From NCBI GenBank assembly GCA_049279755.1, contig JBAPOS010000008.1, positions 1-59,131 of the forward strand: DNA of 59,131 nt, in the 5' to 3' direction. Below the pieces are notes generated by a model. It did no database searches, was not told where the DNA came from, and saw only the letters and a program-made list of their open reading frames with translations. Numbering within the stretch: position 1 is the stretch's first letter; each line of letters opens with the position of its first letter. This stretch comes from Candidatus Dormiibacterota bacterium (GTDB lineage: Bacteria > Chloroflexota > Dormibacteria > Aeolococcales > Aeolococcaceae). Below are positions 34,677 through 46,024 of this stretch, piece by piece. Both the position numbers and the translations under genes were made by a program.

Positions 34677-36626
34677 TTGATGGCAACGCCGGACACCGAT
34701 CAAGCCGGTAGGCGGGCAACCCCGGCTCCGCGGGCGCCGAACCTCCCCGGCTACAACCCGACGAGCTGGCGTCGGTTCTGGCTGGTGATCGGCGCGCTGT
34801 TTCTCATCAATATCCTCGTCACCACCCTCATCGAGGGAGCCACGCAGGCTCCGTCTGTGACCATCCCCTACAACGTCTTCCTCGCGCAGGTCGATGCCGG
34901 CAACGTTCTGAACATCACGGCCACCGGCGATTCGATCGTCGGAACGGCCAGGAAGGCGGTGAGCGCCGGACCCGGGCAGCCGAGCGCCACCAGCTTCTCC
35001 ACCCAACGGCCGACATTCGCCTCGGACGCTCTCGAGGCGTCCCTGCTCAAGAACAAGGTGAGCATTCTCGCCGAGCCGCCCAACCCACCCACCCCGTTGT
35101 GGGAGACGCTCCTGCTGAGCTTCGGACCGGCGCTGCTGTTCGTCTTCGGACTCATCTACCTGATGCGTCGAAGCGCGGCGCTGGCGGGCGGTGGAGCGGG
35201 CGGCATTCTCGGACGGTTCAGTCAGAGCGGGGCACGCCTCTACAACCCGGAGCACCCCGAGACGACTTTCGCAGATGTTGCCGGGATCGACGAGGTCAAG
35301 GCGGAGCTCGTCGAAATCGTCGACTTCCTCAAGAAGCCCGAGAAGTATCAGCGTCTGGGCGGCACCGTTCCCAAGGGCGTGCTGCTGATCGGGGCACCCG
35401 GGACGGGCAAGACGCTGCTCGCGCGCGCCGTCGCCGGCGAGGCCGGCGTGCCGTTCTTCTCGATCTCCGCGTCGGAATTCATCGAGGCGATCGTGGGAGT
35501 CGGCGCGGCCCGGGTACGTGACCTCTTCCAGAAGGCGCGCGGTGCGGCCCCGGCGATCGTCTTCATCGATGAGCTTGATGCCGTGGGTCGATCGCGTTCA
35601 ACCGGTGCACGTCTCGGCGGCAATGAGGAGCAGGAGCAGACCCTGAATCAGATCCTCACCGAGATGGATGGTTTCGATCCGCACGAGGGCGTCATCGTGC
35701 TCGCCGCAACCAACCGCGCCGACGTCCTCGATGTGGCCCTGCTCCGTCCAGGACGGTTCGACCGCCGGATCACGGTGCCGTTTCCCGATCGCCGCGGCCG
35801 GCTCGAGATCCTCAAGATCCACACCAGGCACATTCCGCTCGGTGCAGACGTCGACCTCGGCATCATCGCCTCGCTGACCGCCGGCATGGTCGGCGCCGAC
35901 CTGCGAAACCTCGCCAACGAGGCTGCCCTCGCGGCGGCTCGCCGTGAAGCGCAGACGGTGATGCAAATCGACTTCACGACCGCGCTCGAAAAGGTGGAGC
36001 TGGGGTCCGAGCGCAAGCTGTCGCTGAGCGCGGCGGACCGCGAGCGAATCGCGTACCACGAGTCGGGTCACGCGCTCCTTGGGTTGCTGCAGCCAGGTGC
36101 CGACCCGGTGCGCCGCGTCTCGATCATCCCGCGTGGACAGTCCCTCGGAGTGACCGTCCAGAGTCCCGTCGATGACCGGTTCAACTACGGCGAGGACTAT
36201 CTCCGGGGTCGCATCACCGGAGCACTCGGCGGCCGGGCGGCCGAGCAGCTGGTCTACGGTGTGGTCACGACCGGCGCGGAGAGCGACCTCCGCCAGGTGA
36301 CCGCGATCGCTCGGCAGATGGTGGTGCGCTATGGCATGAGCCCCAAAGTCGGCGTGCTCAGCCTCGCCGATGACGGCGACAATCCCGGTCAGTCGCTCAC
36401 GCTGACACGCTCGTACAGCGAGGCAACTGCGGCGCTCGTCGACGAGGAGGTGCGCCGCATCTGTGAGGAGTGCCTCCAACAGGCCGTGGCGCTGCTCACC
36501 AGTAACCGCGACAAGCTGGACGCGCTCGTGCACGCGCTGCTCGAACACGACACGCTCGGCGAGGCTGAGATCCTGGCGGTCACCGGAATCACCGCGGCAG
36601 TACCAACACCGGTGGCGGTGGGCTGA
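34677..36626 (+). CDS. ftsH: ATP-dependent zinc metalloprotease FtsH
   Basis: Two N-terminal TM segments, Walker [19 protein letters not shown], Walker [10 protein letters not shown], and zinc motif HESGHAL. Confidence 0.95.
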   Translation: MMATPDTDQAGRRATPAPRAPNLPGYNPTSWRRFWLVIGALFLINILVTTLIEGATQAPSVTIPYNVFLAQVDAGNVLNITATGDSIVGTARKAVSAGPGQPSATSFSTQRPTFASDALEASLLKNKVSILAEPPNPPTPLWETLLLSFGPALLFVFGLIYLMRRSAALAGGGAGGILGRFSQSGARLYNPEHPETTFADVAGIDEVKAELVEIVDFLKKPEKYQRLGGTVPKGVLLIGAPGTGKTLLARAVAGEAGVPFFSISASEFIEAIVGVGAARVRDLFQKARGAAPAIVFIDELDAVGRSRSTGARLGGNEEQEQTLNQILTEMDGFDPHEGVIVLAATNRADVLDVALLRPGRFDRRITVPFPDRRGRLEILKIHTRHIPLGADVDLGIIASLTAGMVGADLRNLANEAALAAARREAQTVMQIDFTTALEKVELGSERKLSLSAADRERIAYHESGHALLGLLQPGADPVRRVSIIPRGQSLGVTVQSPVDDRFNYGEDYLRGRITGALGGRAAEQLVYGVVTTGAESDLRQVTAIARQMVVRYGMSPKVGVLSLADDGDNPGQSLTLTRSYSEATAALVDEEVRRICEECLQQAVALLTSNRDKLDALVHALLEHDTLGEAEILAVTGITAAVPTPVAVG

Positions 36627-36807
36627 CCTCGACGTTGCGGAAAGCACGGGCTGCTCGGGAGTCGACGGCCTGCGAATTTGGAACCCCGTCGGCTTCTGGG
36701 CGCTAGGCATTGCCCGTTGCAATGTGTGAGACTTCCGGCCGCGGGCGTCCCTCGCACTCGGGGAAGGCGGAGAGACGAGGCTCGCACAACCCTGGGGGAC
36801 TCCTCGA

Positions 36808-38157
36808 ATGCCGGCGGACACGCTCGTCTTTCACATCTCTCCGACGGGAGTCAGTCTGGTCGGGGGAAGCGGCCGGGGCGCGGGGTGGACCGGCATCGTT
36901 GACCTCAACCTCGATGACGAGCCGATGGCGGCGCGGGTCCACGGCTCCAGCCGGCCCGCCAGGGTCGACTGCGCCGATGAGCCGATGCGCATCATCGGAC
37001 CGTACTGGGCGAAGCACGCGGTGCTGGTTCCCGTGGGCGGTGAACACCTCGTCGTCTTCGGCGGTGACGAGCCGTTGCCAGACTCAGACGCCGTTCTTGT
37101 CCCCGCGGCCGCGCACCTCGTCGCCGAGGTGCAGCAGGTCTCTCCGGCAAAGCTGCTCGCCGACGAATTGGAGGTCGTTCACGCGATCCGTGACCTCATC
37201 GAGTACCGGCCCGAACAGGTCGTTGAGACCGCCCGCCATATCGCGGGGAAGGCCGCTCAACCCCTCGCGTGCGAGGTCGGGGCCGTGCTCCTGCACTACA
37301 ACGGCCGGCTCGTCGCCGAAGTCGTCACCCGCGACTGGCACGGGCATCTGGACTCAGCCGCCATCCGGGGCACCCTGGTCACGCTGTTCGCGCGCGTGGA
37401 GCAGGGTGCATTTGTCGAGCTCGAGCTCGAGCCCGGCACCGGCGACGCGCTGGGTCGGGAGCAGGGGCTCGTCGCGCGGTTCGCCGTCCCCATCGGCCGG
37501 CCGGCACCCTTTGGTGTCCTCGTCGTCGCACACGCGGCGACCCGAGCGCGCGGTTTCACCAACCTCTGCCAGCGCATCGGCCATGCGCTCGCCGAGGTCG
37601 CCGAGTCGCTGCTCGCGCAGGCCATCTCGCGCGAGCAGCTGGCGGCCGACCGTGATCGCTTCGCGAAGCAAGCACGGATTGATCCGCTGACCGGCCTGGA
37701 GAACCGCGCGGCGTGGGACGAGCACATGGCGGTGGAGGAAGCTCGGCGCGTCCGGTACTCGCGCTCGGTGAGCATCGTCGCCGCCGATCTCGACAACCTC
37801 AAGGCGGTGAACGACCGCTACGGCCACGAAGCGGGTGATCGGCTGATTCGCGCCGCCGCAAACCTGCTGCGCAGGCACGCACGCGGGTCTGATCGCATCG
37901 CCCGCGTGGGTGGCGACGAGTTTCTGATACTCATGCCGGAAACTGACCAGCATGGTGCTGGACGGTATCTGGCGCGGGTGCGAAGCGCCGTCCGGCGGAT
38001 CCAGGCGACCGAGGTGTCGGGGCTCCGGCTCTCCTTCGGTGCCGCCACCGCGCGCGACGGCGAGTCGCTGACCGCCGTGATGGCTCGCGCCGACGCGGCC
38101 ATGTACGTGGCCAAGAAGCGTCGTGTCAACAGGGCGTTGGTGCGGCCCGCAACCTGA
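36808..38157 (+). CDS. Diguanylate cyclase with an N-terminal GAF-like sensor region
   Basis: C-terminal GGDEF domain (DPLTGLENR..., RVGGDEF) with an RGSD I-site 5 residues upstream of GGDEF. Confidence 0.85.
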   Translation: MPADTLVFHISPTGVSLVGGSGRGAGWTGIVDLNLDDEPMAARVHGSSRPARVDCADEPMRIIGPYWAKHAVLVPVGGEHLVVFGGDEPLPDSDAVLVPAAAHLVAEVQQVSPAKLLADELEVVHAIRDLIEYRPEQVVETARHIAGKAAQPLACEVGAVLLHYNGRLVAEVVTRDWHGHLDSAAIRGTLVTLFARVEQGAFVELELEPGTGDALGREQGLVARFAVPIGRPAPFGVLVVAHAATRARGFTNLCQRIGHALAEVAESLLAQAISREQLAADRDRFAKQARIDPLTGLENRAAWDEHMAVEEARRVRYSRSVSIVAADLDNLKAVNDRYGHEAGDRLIRAAANLLRRHARGSDRIARVGGDEFLILMPETDQHGAGRYLARVRSAVRRIQATEVSGLRLSFGAATARDGESLTAVMARADAAMYVAKKRRVNRALVRPAT

Positions 38158-38193
38158 CGCCGGCGGGTCGCCTCCAGGCGCGCCGTGATCGGT

Positions 38194-40533
38194 CTATGCG
38201 ACCGCCGCGATCGATACTCGCGACGCGAATTTTTCCACCACGGCGGCGGCACCGATCGGGCGACTGATCAGGTATCCCTGCAACTCGGAGCAGTGCCGCT
38301 TCACGAGGTAGGCACGCTGGATCTCGGTCTCGACGCCCTCGGCCACGATCTTCAGGCCAAGGCTCAACCCCATCGCGATCATGGCGTCGACAATCGGTGC
38401 GGTACCAGTGTCGGAGACGATCGCGCGGACGAACGAGAGGTCGATCTTGAGGGTGTCGACCGGAAACCCCTGCAGCCTGCTGAGCACCGAGTAGCCGGTG
38501 CCGAAGTCGTCGATCGCGATCCGCACGCCGAGATCGCGGACGCGCTGGAGCAATCCCAGCGCCTTGCCCTCGTGTGAGATCGCGGCACTCTCGGTGATCT
38601 CGAGCTCCAGAAGCTTCGGATCCAGGTGACTCGTGGCCAGCGCTTCGAGCACGCGCTCGACCAGCCCGCAGCTGACAAGGTTCCGTCCCGACACGTTCAC
38701 GGCGACCGGCACCGGGCCAACTTCGGAGGTGGCCCATTCCTGCGCCTGGCGACATGCCGTCTCCAGGACCCAGGTGTCGATGTCGTTGATGAGCCCGGTT
38801 TGCTCCGCAATTGGAATGAACCGGTCGGGACCGATGACGCCGCGCGAAGGGTGATTCCACCGCACCAGCGCCTCGACGCCGGCCAGGTATCCGGTGCGCG
38901 CGTTGACCTTCGGCTGGTAGAGCAGCATGAGCTCACCACGACCGATGCCGGCCCGCAGGTCCTGCTCGAGGGTCAGCCGCTCCATCGCTGTGGCGTGCAT
39001 GTCCGACGAGAACACCGCGTGGCGATCCTTGCCGTCGGCTTTGCCAACGTACAGCGCGGCGTCGGCATTGCGCACCACGTCGGCTGCGGCGCCTCCGCCG
39101 GATGAGGTCGCCACACCGATCGTCGTGCTGATGGTCAGGACTCGTCCGGCAACGGCGAATGGGGCGCGGAGCGCCTCCCGGATGCCGTCGGCCGCGCGCA
39201 CTGCGGCGTTGGGCTCGGCCAGGTCCTCGAGGAGGACGGCGAACTCGTCACCCCCAAGACGTGCAGCCGTGTCGCCCGCGCGGATGACTGATGCAAGCCG
39301 GTGCGACACCTCGAGCAGCAGTGCGTCGCCGGCGGCGTGACCGAGACCGTCGTTGACCGTCTTGAAGTTGTCCAGGTCCACCATGAGCACGGCGTAGCAG
39401 CCGGTGCCGCGTGCCAGTCGTTGGTGGGCATGTTCGAGACGGTCGCCAAAGAGCGATCGATTCGGCAAGCCGGTCAGCGCATCGTGAAAGGCTTGATGCT
39501 CCAGCTCGCGCTGCAACCTGATCCGGTCCGTGACGTCGCTCGAGCACACGACCATTGCGTTCCTGCCGTCGAAGATGATTTCTCGCGTATCTATCTCGAC
39601 ATCGAGGACGCCGCGCGACTTGGTCGAGTGGCGGATGCCCTCGAAGTGGGTACGTCCTCCCCGCATGGCGTGCAGGTTGTTCTTCAGCTGATCGCGATCC
39701 TCCGGCGGTCGTATCTCCGCAAGCGTCAGCGTGAGGAATTCGGCTCGCGTATACCCATACATCGCGAGGGCCGCATTGTTGACACGGAGGAACGGCAGGT
39801 TGCCGTCCTCCGTGGCCTGCTGCGGCAGGGCTGTGACCATCATCGGTTGTGGGTTCTCATCGAACAGCGATCGAAAGGTCTCCTCACGGTTGGTCGCGAT
39901 GCGCGACTCGGCCGCGAGTGTGGCTGCTCTTCCCTGGTCTGCCGCAACCGTTGCTCGCCTGCGCCGTGCGTACAGCGCAAACAGGAGGATGAGGACACCT
40001 GAGCCGCTGACGATGCCGATCGAGGCGATGAAAGCGGCCGTCACGCCGTCTGCGGCATTCGAAGCTTCCGCCCGGCCGACGGTCGCCAGCTCGGCGTCGA
40101 GCGCGGTGAAGGCCGGATCACCAAGCGCGATGTGCAGCCCCGACGCCGCCTGAGGGTCACCGCGAAGCACCGCGGCGATCTCCAGCGAGACAGCGCTCTG
40201 ATACGCAGCCGCCATGTGAGTGATCGCGGACAGGGTCGGGGTGGATTTCTCGGTGATCTCAACGAGTAACAGTGCCGTGTCTGTCTCATCCTGGCGGGAC
40301 TCAGTCGTACTCGGGGAGTCGAGGACGCTCTCCTCCTCGACCGCAACCGCGGTTCGAAGCGTTGTGATCGATTGAGATGCCAGCTGGCGCTGGACCGACC
40401 ACTCATGAAGGGTGACCAGCGCGACGAGCACAGCGAAGGTCAGAACGGCGGCAGCCGCTCCGCTGATCCAGAAAGGGATGCCCCGTGCATACCGTTTCCT
40501 TCGAGCATCGCCTCGTCTCACTTCCTGCCTCAT
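38194..40533 (-). CDS. Membrane sensor protein with PAS, GGDEF and EAL domains
   Basis: N-terminal TM, periplasmic-type region, second TM, then PAS. ARLGGDEF is preceded by RAGD (I-site). EAL domain with VEALVRW, DDFGTGYS and KIDLSFV. Confidence 0.9.
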   Translation of the reverse strand: MRQEVRRGDARRKRYARGIPFWISGAAAAVLTFAVLVALVTLHEWSVQRQLASQSITTLRTAVAVEEESVLDSPSTTESRQDETDTALLLVEITEKSTPTLSAITHMAAAYQSAVSLEIAAVLRGDPQAASGLHIALGDPAFTALDAELATVGRAEASNAADGVTAAFIASIGIVSGSGVLILLFALYARRRRATVAADQGRAATLAAESRIATNREETFRSLFDENPQPMMVTALPQQATEDGNLPFLRVNNAALAMYGYTRAEFLTLTLAEIRPPEDRDQLKNNLHAMRGGRTHFEGIRHSTKSRGVLDVEIDTREIIFDGRNAMVVCSSDVTDRIRLQRELEHQAFHDALTGLPNRSLFGDRLEHAHQRLARGTGCYAVLMVDLDNFKTVNDGLGHAAGDALLLEVSHRLASVIRAGDTAARLGGDEFAVLLEDLAEPNAAVRAADGIREALRAPFAVAGRVLTISTTIGVATSSGGGAAADVVRNADAALYVGKADGKDRHAVFSSDMHATAMERLTLEQDLRAGIGRGELMLLYQPKVNARTGYLAGVEALVRWNHPSRGVIGPDRFIPIAEQTGLINDIDTWVLETACRQAQEWATSEVGPVPVAVNVSGRNLVSCGLVERVLEALATSHLDPKLLELEITESAAISHEGKALGLLQRVRDLGVRIAIDDFGTGYSVLSRLQGFPVDTLKIDLSFVRAIVSDTGTAPIVDAMIAMGLSLGLKIVAEGVETEIQRAYLVKRHCSELQGYLISRPIGAAAVVEKFASRVSIAAVA

Positions 40534-40677
40534 GGCGGCCGCGGAGCCGGTTTCGGCCCTCTCGACGGTTCCAGGCTAGGTGGTTGCGCGGTGCCGGCAG
40601 GGCGAGTCGGGGCCTCCGCGCAATACCGGAACGGCGCTGAAACCCCCGCTCCTCGGTGATCGTCGCCCCTCGCGAGG

Positions 40678-41094
40678 TCAGTGGCGGAGCCGAGTTTTCT
40701 CGATATCCTCGTGGTTCATGCCGAAGTAGTGTCCGACCTCGTGCAGCACGGTGTCGTGCACCTGATCGACCAGCTCGGCGTACGTTCTGCACCAGCGCTC
40801 GATGTGGTGTTGCAGTAACACGATCCGCTTGGGATAGCCCGACGGGCTGAAGCTCGACTCGGTCGCGCCCTGGAAGTAGCCGAGCACTCGCTCGTCGATG
40901 CCGGTGCCACGATCATCGGCGGTGGCCTCCTGCTGGATGGTGATCAGAAGGTTGTCGGCGTCCATCCGGGCGCGCAGGGCGGGTGGGATGCTCTCCAGCG
41001 CTTCGGCGGCGATGCGCTCGAACTCGTCGGCGGAGACGTGATACGCCACGGAATTGAGAATGTCACACCCCCGCCGAGGCGTAGCAGGCGGCAC
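40678..41094 (-). CDS. Small zinc metallopeptidase-family protein (DUF1025/SprT-like 'metallopeptidase family protein')
   Basis: C-terminal HEXXH: VLHEVGHYFGM. About 120-138 aa. The start is uncertain, as internal GTG/ATG codons are possible. Confidence 0.7.
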   Translation of the reverse strand: MPPATPRRGCDILNSVAYHVSADEFERIAAEALESIPPALRARMDADNLLITIQQEATADDRGTGIDERVLGYFQGATESSFSPSGYPKRIVLLQHHIERWCRTYAELVDQVHDTVLHEVGHYFGMNHEDIEKTRLRH

Positions 41095-41195
41095 TCGGCA
41101 TGCGGCGCGAGGCCGGCGCGCCGGTGAATCTCTGGTGGCTCGACCAGTGGCCGGGGAGGTGGCGCGGCGTCCCCGTTGCCCTATCCTCGTCGCCC

Positions 41196-42208
<1,013 letters not shown>

Positions 42209-42212
<4 letters not shown>

Positions 42213-43036
42213 CCGCCATCGCCGAACCCGCGATCACCCGAGCTCGGCCCGGCGCTGGGCAGATGGCGCGCTGGGCAATCAGCGACGCCCTGGTGATGAC
42301 CCGGCGCAATCTCCTGGTGTGGATGCGCGTTCCGGCCTACATCGTGTTCACGGTGGTGCAGCCTGTCATCTTCGTGCTGCTCTTCCGGTATGTGTTCGGC
42401 GGCGCAATTCAGGCGCCCGGGTCAGGCGGATACGTCAACTACCTGATGCCCGGCATCATCGGACAGACGGCCGCGTTCGCCACCTTCGCGACCGCGATCG
42501 CACTGGCGCAGGAGGCGACCAAGGGCGTCATCGACCGCTTCCGCGCCATGCCCATGGCGCGCTCCGCCGTGCTGGCCGGCAGGCTGATCGCCGACTCGAT
42601 TCGCATGCTGATCGTCATCCTCGTGATCATCGGGGTCGGTTACGCGGTGGGCTTTCGGTTTCAGAATGGGGTCGGCGGCGCCGTCGGCATGGTGCTTCTC
42701 GCGGAGGCGTTCGGCGTGACGGTGTGCTCGGTTTCCGCGTTCGTGGGACTCGCCATCAAGGACGAGGAATCGGTGCAGGCCTTTGGTCTGATCTGGATAT
42801 TCCCGCTCACGTTTGTCAGCTCAGCGTTTGTGCCCATCGCGACCATGCCCGGCTGGCTTCAGGTGTTTGCCAACAATCAACCGGTGACGCTGGTGATCAA
42901 CGCGATGCGCGCGATGGCATTGGGCGGGCCGCATTTTCCGCTGAACCCCGCGCTCTGGGAGAGCCTCGTGTGGCTGGCCGGCGTGATGATCGTGTTCGTC
43001 CCGCTCGCCGTGCGCAGCTACCGGCGGGTCGGTTAG
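42209..43036 (+). CDS. ABC-2 type transporter permease
   Basis: 275 aa with six hydrophobic segments. 4-bp overlap with the ATPase gene. Confidence 0.85.
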
Positions 43037-43042
43037 ACCCGC

Positions 43043-46006
43043 TTACTGAAACCAGCCCTCGATATCGAGGATCGCGTTCACGGTCCCAGCCCCGTTGTAG
43101 AGGCGCACGTCGCCGATCGCTGAGTCGGTCGTGTCGAGCTGCACCACGACGAGATTGGCGAGCACGGCACTCGCGGCGACATTGATGTCAGACGCGACTG
43201 GCAGGCCCAGGTCTGCCGGGTACAGCGTGAGGTAGGTCGCCCGGGTCGGCACGACACCGGTGAGATTGCCGATCACCGCGTGGACCACGGGGCTTGGTGA
43301 CGGGATCCCGGACACCCCCGCGACCTTGACGAGCTGCGACGTACCGGGGCCGAGCGCAGAGCCCGCGCAGCGCACCCCGGAGGCAGGGCGTGTGTCGCAG
43401 ACGCGCGTGGGACCGACCGCCTGATACTGATACCCGGTCGCGGCGGTTGCGCTTCCAAACCAGCCGTTGGCGTCGACGTAGATGTTGATGCTGCCGACCG
43501 CGTTGAAGATGCAGACCGATGTGTCGGGGCCTCCTGGCGTGGCGGGACCGAGGGTCACCAGCACCCGGTTCGCGACGACCGCGCCGGCGGCAAGATTGAG
43601 CGTCGAGAAGGGCGGCGCATGGGTACCGGTGTACGCGCAGGTGCCGGTCGATGTCGTTGGGAAGACGGTGAGATTGGTGGCCGCGGATCCGGCAACGCCG
43701 GCGAGGTTGAGCGCCGCCACCGCGGCGTTCGTCCCCGGAATCGCGTTGCTCCCTGATCCGGTCACATTGACGATGATCGGCTGTCCGCTCAGCAGCGCTC
43801 CATGTGACTGGCATGGCGTGGCTCTCACCTTCGTCCGCGTGTCACAGACCCGAACCGGGGCGATCGGATGAAACTCTCCGGTTGGATCCGTCGCGCTGTC
43901 AGGCGCGAAGTAGCCTTCCACGTCAGCCACGACGTCGACGGTCCCCAGTGGGTTGTAGATGTCGACCTCGCGGTTGGCGTCCGACGGACCGTTCTGACCG
44001 AGGGTGACGATGACGAGGTTGGCGGTGGCCGTGTGCGCGAGGAAGTTGATGTTGGAAGCCAGCGGCCGTCCGGTCCCGTTCGGGTACACCGTGAGCAGAC
44101 TGAACGTGTTGTCGTTCACAGCCGTCACGTTGAGCGCCACCGCGGTAGCCGTGGTGGGTATCGGGTCGACGCCGCTCGGCAAGCCGCTCACGCCGGTGAT
44201 CTGCAGCATGCGCGTCGCGCCGGGACCGAGAGCGCCCGCCGCGCACTGGACGCAGCTTCGAGCACGTGTATCCAGGATGCGGAACGCCGTGACCGGGACG
44301 TATCCCGCAAGGCCGGTGTAGACATACCCCGAACCCGGCGTCAGCGCGCTGGTCCCCAGCGAGTCGGCCACCTGCACCTGTACGTAGCCCGCAGCGCCGG
44401 CTGGAGTCGCGAAGGTGAACGATGTCGCGGTCAACGCCGCCGGCGTGACTGTCACGCCGCTGATCGTTGCAGTCATCCCTGGCTGAAACCCAGCACCGTG
44501 GATTGTCACCGTCTGGCCGCCGGTGGTTGGGCCGGCTGCGGGCGAGACCGCGCTGATACTTGGTCCGTCGGGGACGGCATCCACTTGGTTCCCACCCTCG
44601 ACGAAGACCATGCCGTTGGAGGCTGACGGCGATGTGAAGTGGTTGCTGCCGCTGATCGCGTAGCTCGCCAGCATGGCGCCGTTGGTCGCGTCGTACTGGA
44701 AGAGCGTGCCGCCTCCACTGCTCACCGACCACACCCCGCCTCCGACCACGATGGGCGGTTTGCTCGAAGCCTGGCTTGTGTTATGCCAGCCCAGCGAGAA
44801 GTTGTTGGTCGAGACTGCGATCTGCACCGCCTGCAGCCCGTCACTGCATCCCACGAACACGGTCTCGACGCCACCGACCAGGCTGTAGGCAAGACTGCCG
44901 AAGGCCGCATCGCTGGTTGCGGAACAGACCTGGTGAGATGCGAGACCGCCGCTGACGTGACCGAGTCCCGCGCTGTTGAGCAGGTATCCCATGCCGCTCT
45001 TGCCGACCTGGAAGACACGGTTCCCGGGGAGCTGCAGCGGCGTGGTCGACCCGAGATCCGCGTCACTCCCGTTGTCCTCCCACCACGTCGGACCCCCGTC
45101 GTGGGTCGCATCGACGACTCCGCTCGGCGCGAAGTAGTCGGCGAGCGTCAACGTGTTCGCGCTGAGTTTGATGACCCCGTCGCTCTCGTCGTAGGGATCG
45201 CCACTGCTCGTCTCGTTGCTGTTGCCCGTTGCGACGAAGACGTTCCCGCTCGAGTCCGCGGAGGCTCCACCCGCTGCCCACGCTCCGGCCTCCATGTCGG
45301 TGGAGCCGACCGACGCCGACGACCACCACTGGACCGAGCCGGTGCCCGTCTCGGGGTACGCGATCACGTAGCCGCGGTATCCGTCGGTGCTGTTGCCGGG
45401 GTTAGTGCAGTCGCCGGCGAGGCCGCCGAGAGTCGCGTACACCTCGCCTGCGGCGATCATCAACGCCCCACGCTGCTGCTGGTAGTTGGCGTCGAAGTTG
45501 ATGCCCCCACGGTTGCCGGGATTGATGTTCACGCGCCGAGTGATGGCACCGGTCGACAGTGACAGCGTCACGAGATCGAATTCGAACGCCGTCGGCGTGT
45601 CCTGGATTTCCGCGACGACGAACACGCTGCTCGCGTCGATCACCGGAGTCCCGGTGATCCCCAACGGGTCGATGTCCCCGCAGGGGAAATTGTCCGTTCG
45701 GGGTGCGCCGATGTGCGTGCTCCACTCGACACGCCCCGTGGCCGCGTTGAGTGAGTAGACCGTGTCGTTCTCGGTTGCCGCCACCAGCTGCCCGCCCACG
45801 ACCACGGGCTGCCCGTAGAGCTGTCCATCAAGCGCAACCGACGTCCATGGCGCGGTCCCAGTCACCGCCTGGTCGGTCGCGTCGTCACCCTGGCGCGTGT
45901 TGTTGCCGTGGTAGGTGGGCCAGTCTGCGGCTGCCTGCGTTGCGGTCAGCAGCGGCGCGACAAGCGCGAGGGCGATGATCAGCCGGCGCACGCCGAGCAT
46001 TGTCAA
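43043..46006 (-). CDS. Secreted multidomain protein: signal peptide, PQQ/BamB-like beta-propeller, IPT/TIG domain, then three copies of an uncharacterised ~130-aa domain
   Basis: Signal peptide MTMLGVRRLIIALALVAPLLTATQAAA|DW. Propeller repeats (DGQLYGQPVVVGGQLVAATENDTVYSLNAATGRVEW...). IPT-like PSISAVSPAAGPTTGGQTVTIHGAGF. Repeats are described in the next entry. Confidence 0.8.
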   Translation of the reverse strand: MTMLGVRRLIIALALVAPLLTATQAAADWPTYHGNNTRQGDDATDQAVTGTAPWTSVALDGQLYGQPVVVGGQLVAATENDTVYSLNAATGRVEWSTHIGAPRTDNFPCGDIDPLGITGTPVIDASSVFVVAEIQDTPTAFEFDLVTLSLSTGAITRRVNINPGNRGGINFDANYQQQRGALMIAAGEVYATLGGLAGDCTNPGNSTDGYRGYVIAYPETGTGSVQWWSSASVGSTDMEAGAWAAGGASADSSGNVFVATGNSNETSSGDPYDESDGVIKLSANTLTLADYFAPSGVVDATHDGGPTWWEDNGSDADLGSTTPLQLPGNRVFQVGKSGMGYLLNSAGLGHVSGGLASHQVCSATSDAAFGSLAYSLVGGVETVFVGCSDGLQAVQIAVSTNNFSLGWHNTSQASSKPPIVVGGGVWSVSSGGGTLFQYDATNGAMLASYAISGSNHFTSPSASNGMVFVEGGNQVDAVPDGPSISAVSPAAGPTTGGQTVTIHGAGFQPGMTATISGVTVTPAALTATSFTFATPAGAAGYVQVQVADSLGTSALTPGSGYVYTGLAGYVPVTAFRILDTRARSCVQCAAGALGPGATRMLQITGVSGLPSGVDPIPTTATAVALNVTAVNDNTFSLLTVYPNGTGRPLASNINFLAHTATANLVIVTLGQNGPSDANREVDIYNPLGTVDVVADVEGYFAPDSATDPTGEFHPIAPVRVCDTRTKVRATPCQSHGALLSGQPIIVNVTGSGSNAIPGTNAAVAALNLAGVAGSAATNLTVFPTTSTGTCAYTGTHAPPFSTLNLAAGAVVANRVLVTLGPATPGGPDTSVCIFNAVGSINIYVDANGWFGSATAATGYQYQAVGPTRVCDTRPASGVRCAGSALGPGTSQLVKVAGVSGIPSPSPVVHAVIGNLTGVVPTRATYLTLYPADLGLPVASDINVAASAVLANLVVVQLDTTDSAIGDVRLYNGAGTVNAILDIEGWFQ
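43049..44305 (-). repeat. Three tandem protein-level repeats (aa ~568-700, 712-850, 860-986) of an unnamed domain
   Basis: Each copy begins [FV]R[IV]xDTR (FRILDTRARS / VRVCDTRTKV / TRVCDTRPAS). The middle carries GxxxxVxVxG...(I)P and LxxxP. Each ends xxDxxG[YW]F (VVADVEGYF / YVDANGWF / ILDIEGWFQ). Confidence 0.8.
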
Positions 46007-46024
46007 CCCGGTACGGCCATACGC

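Noticed and set aside
36710-37690. 326-aa + strand ORF overlapping the GGDEF gene in another frame
   Set aside because: The product is Ser/Arg/Pro-rich without motifs. The overlapping frame encodes a clear GAF-GGDEF protein.
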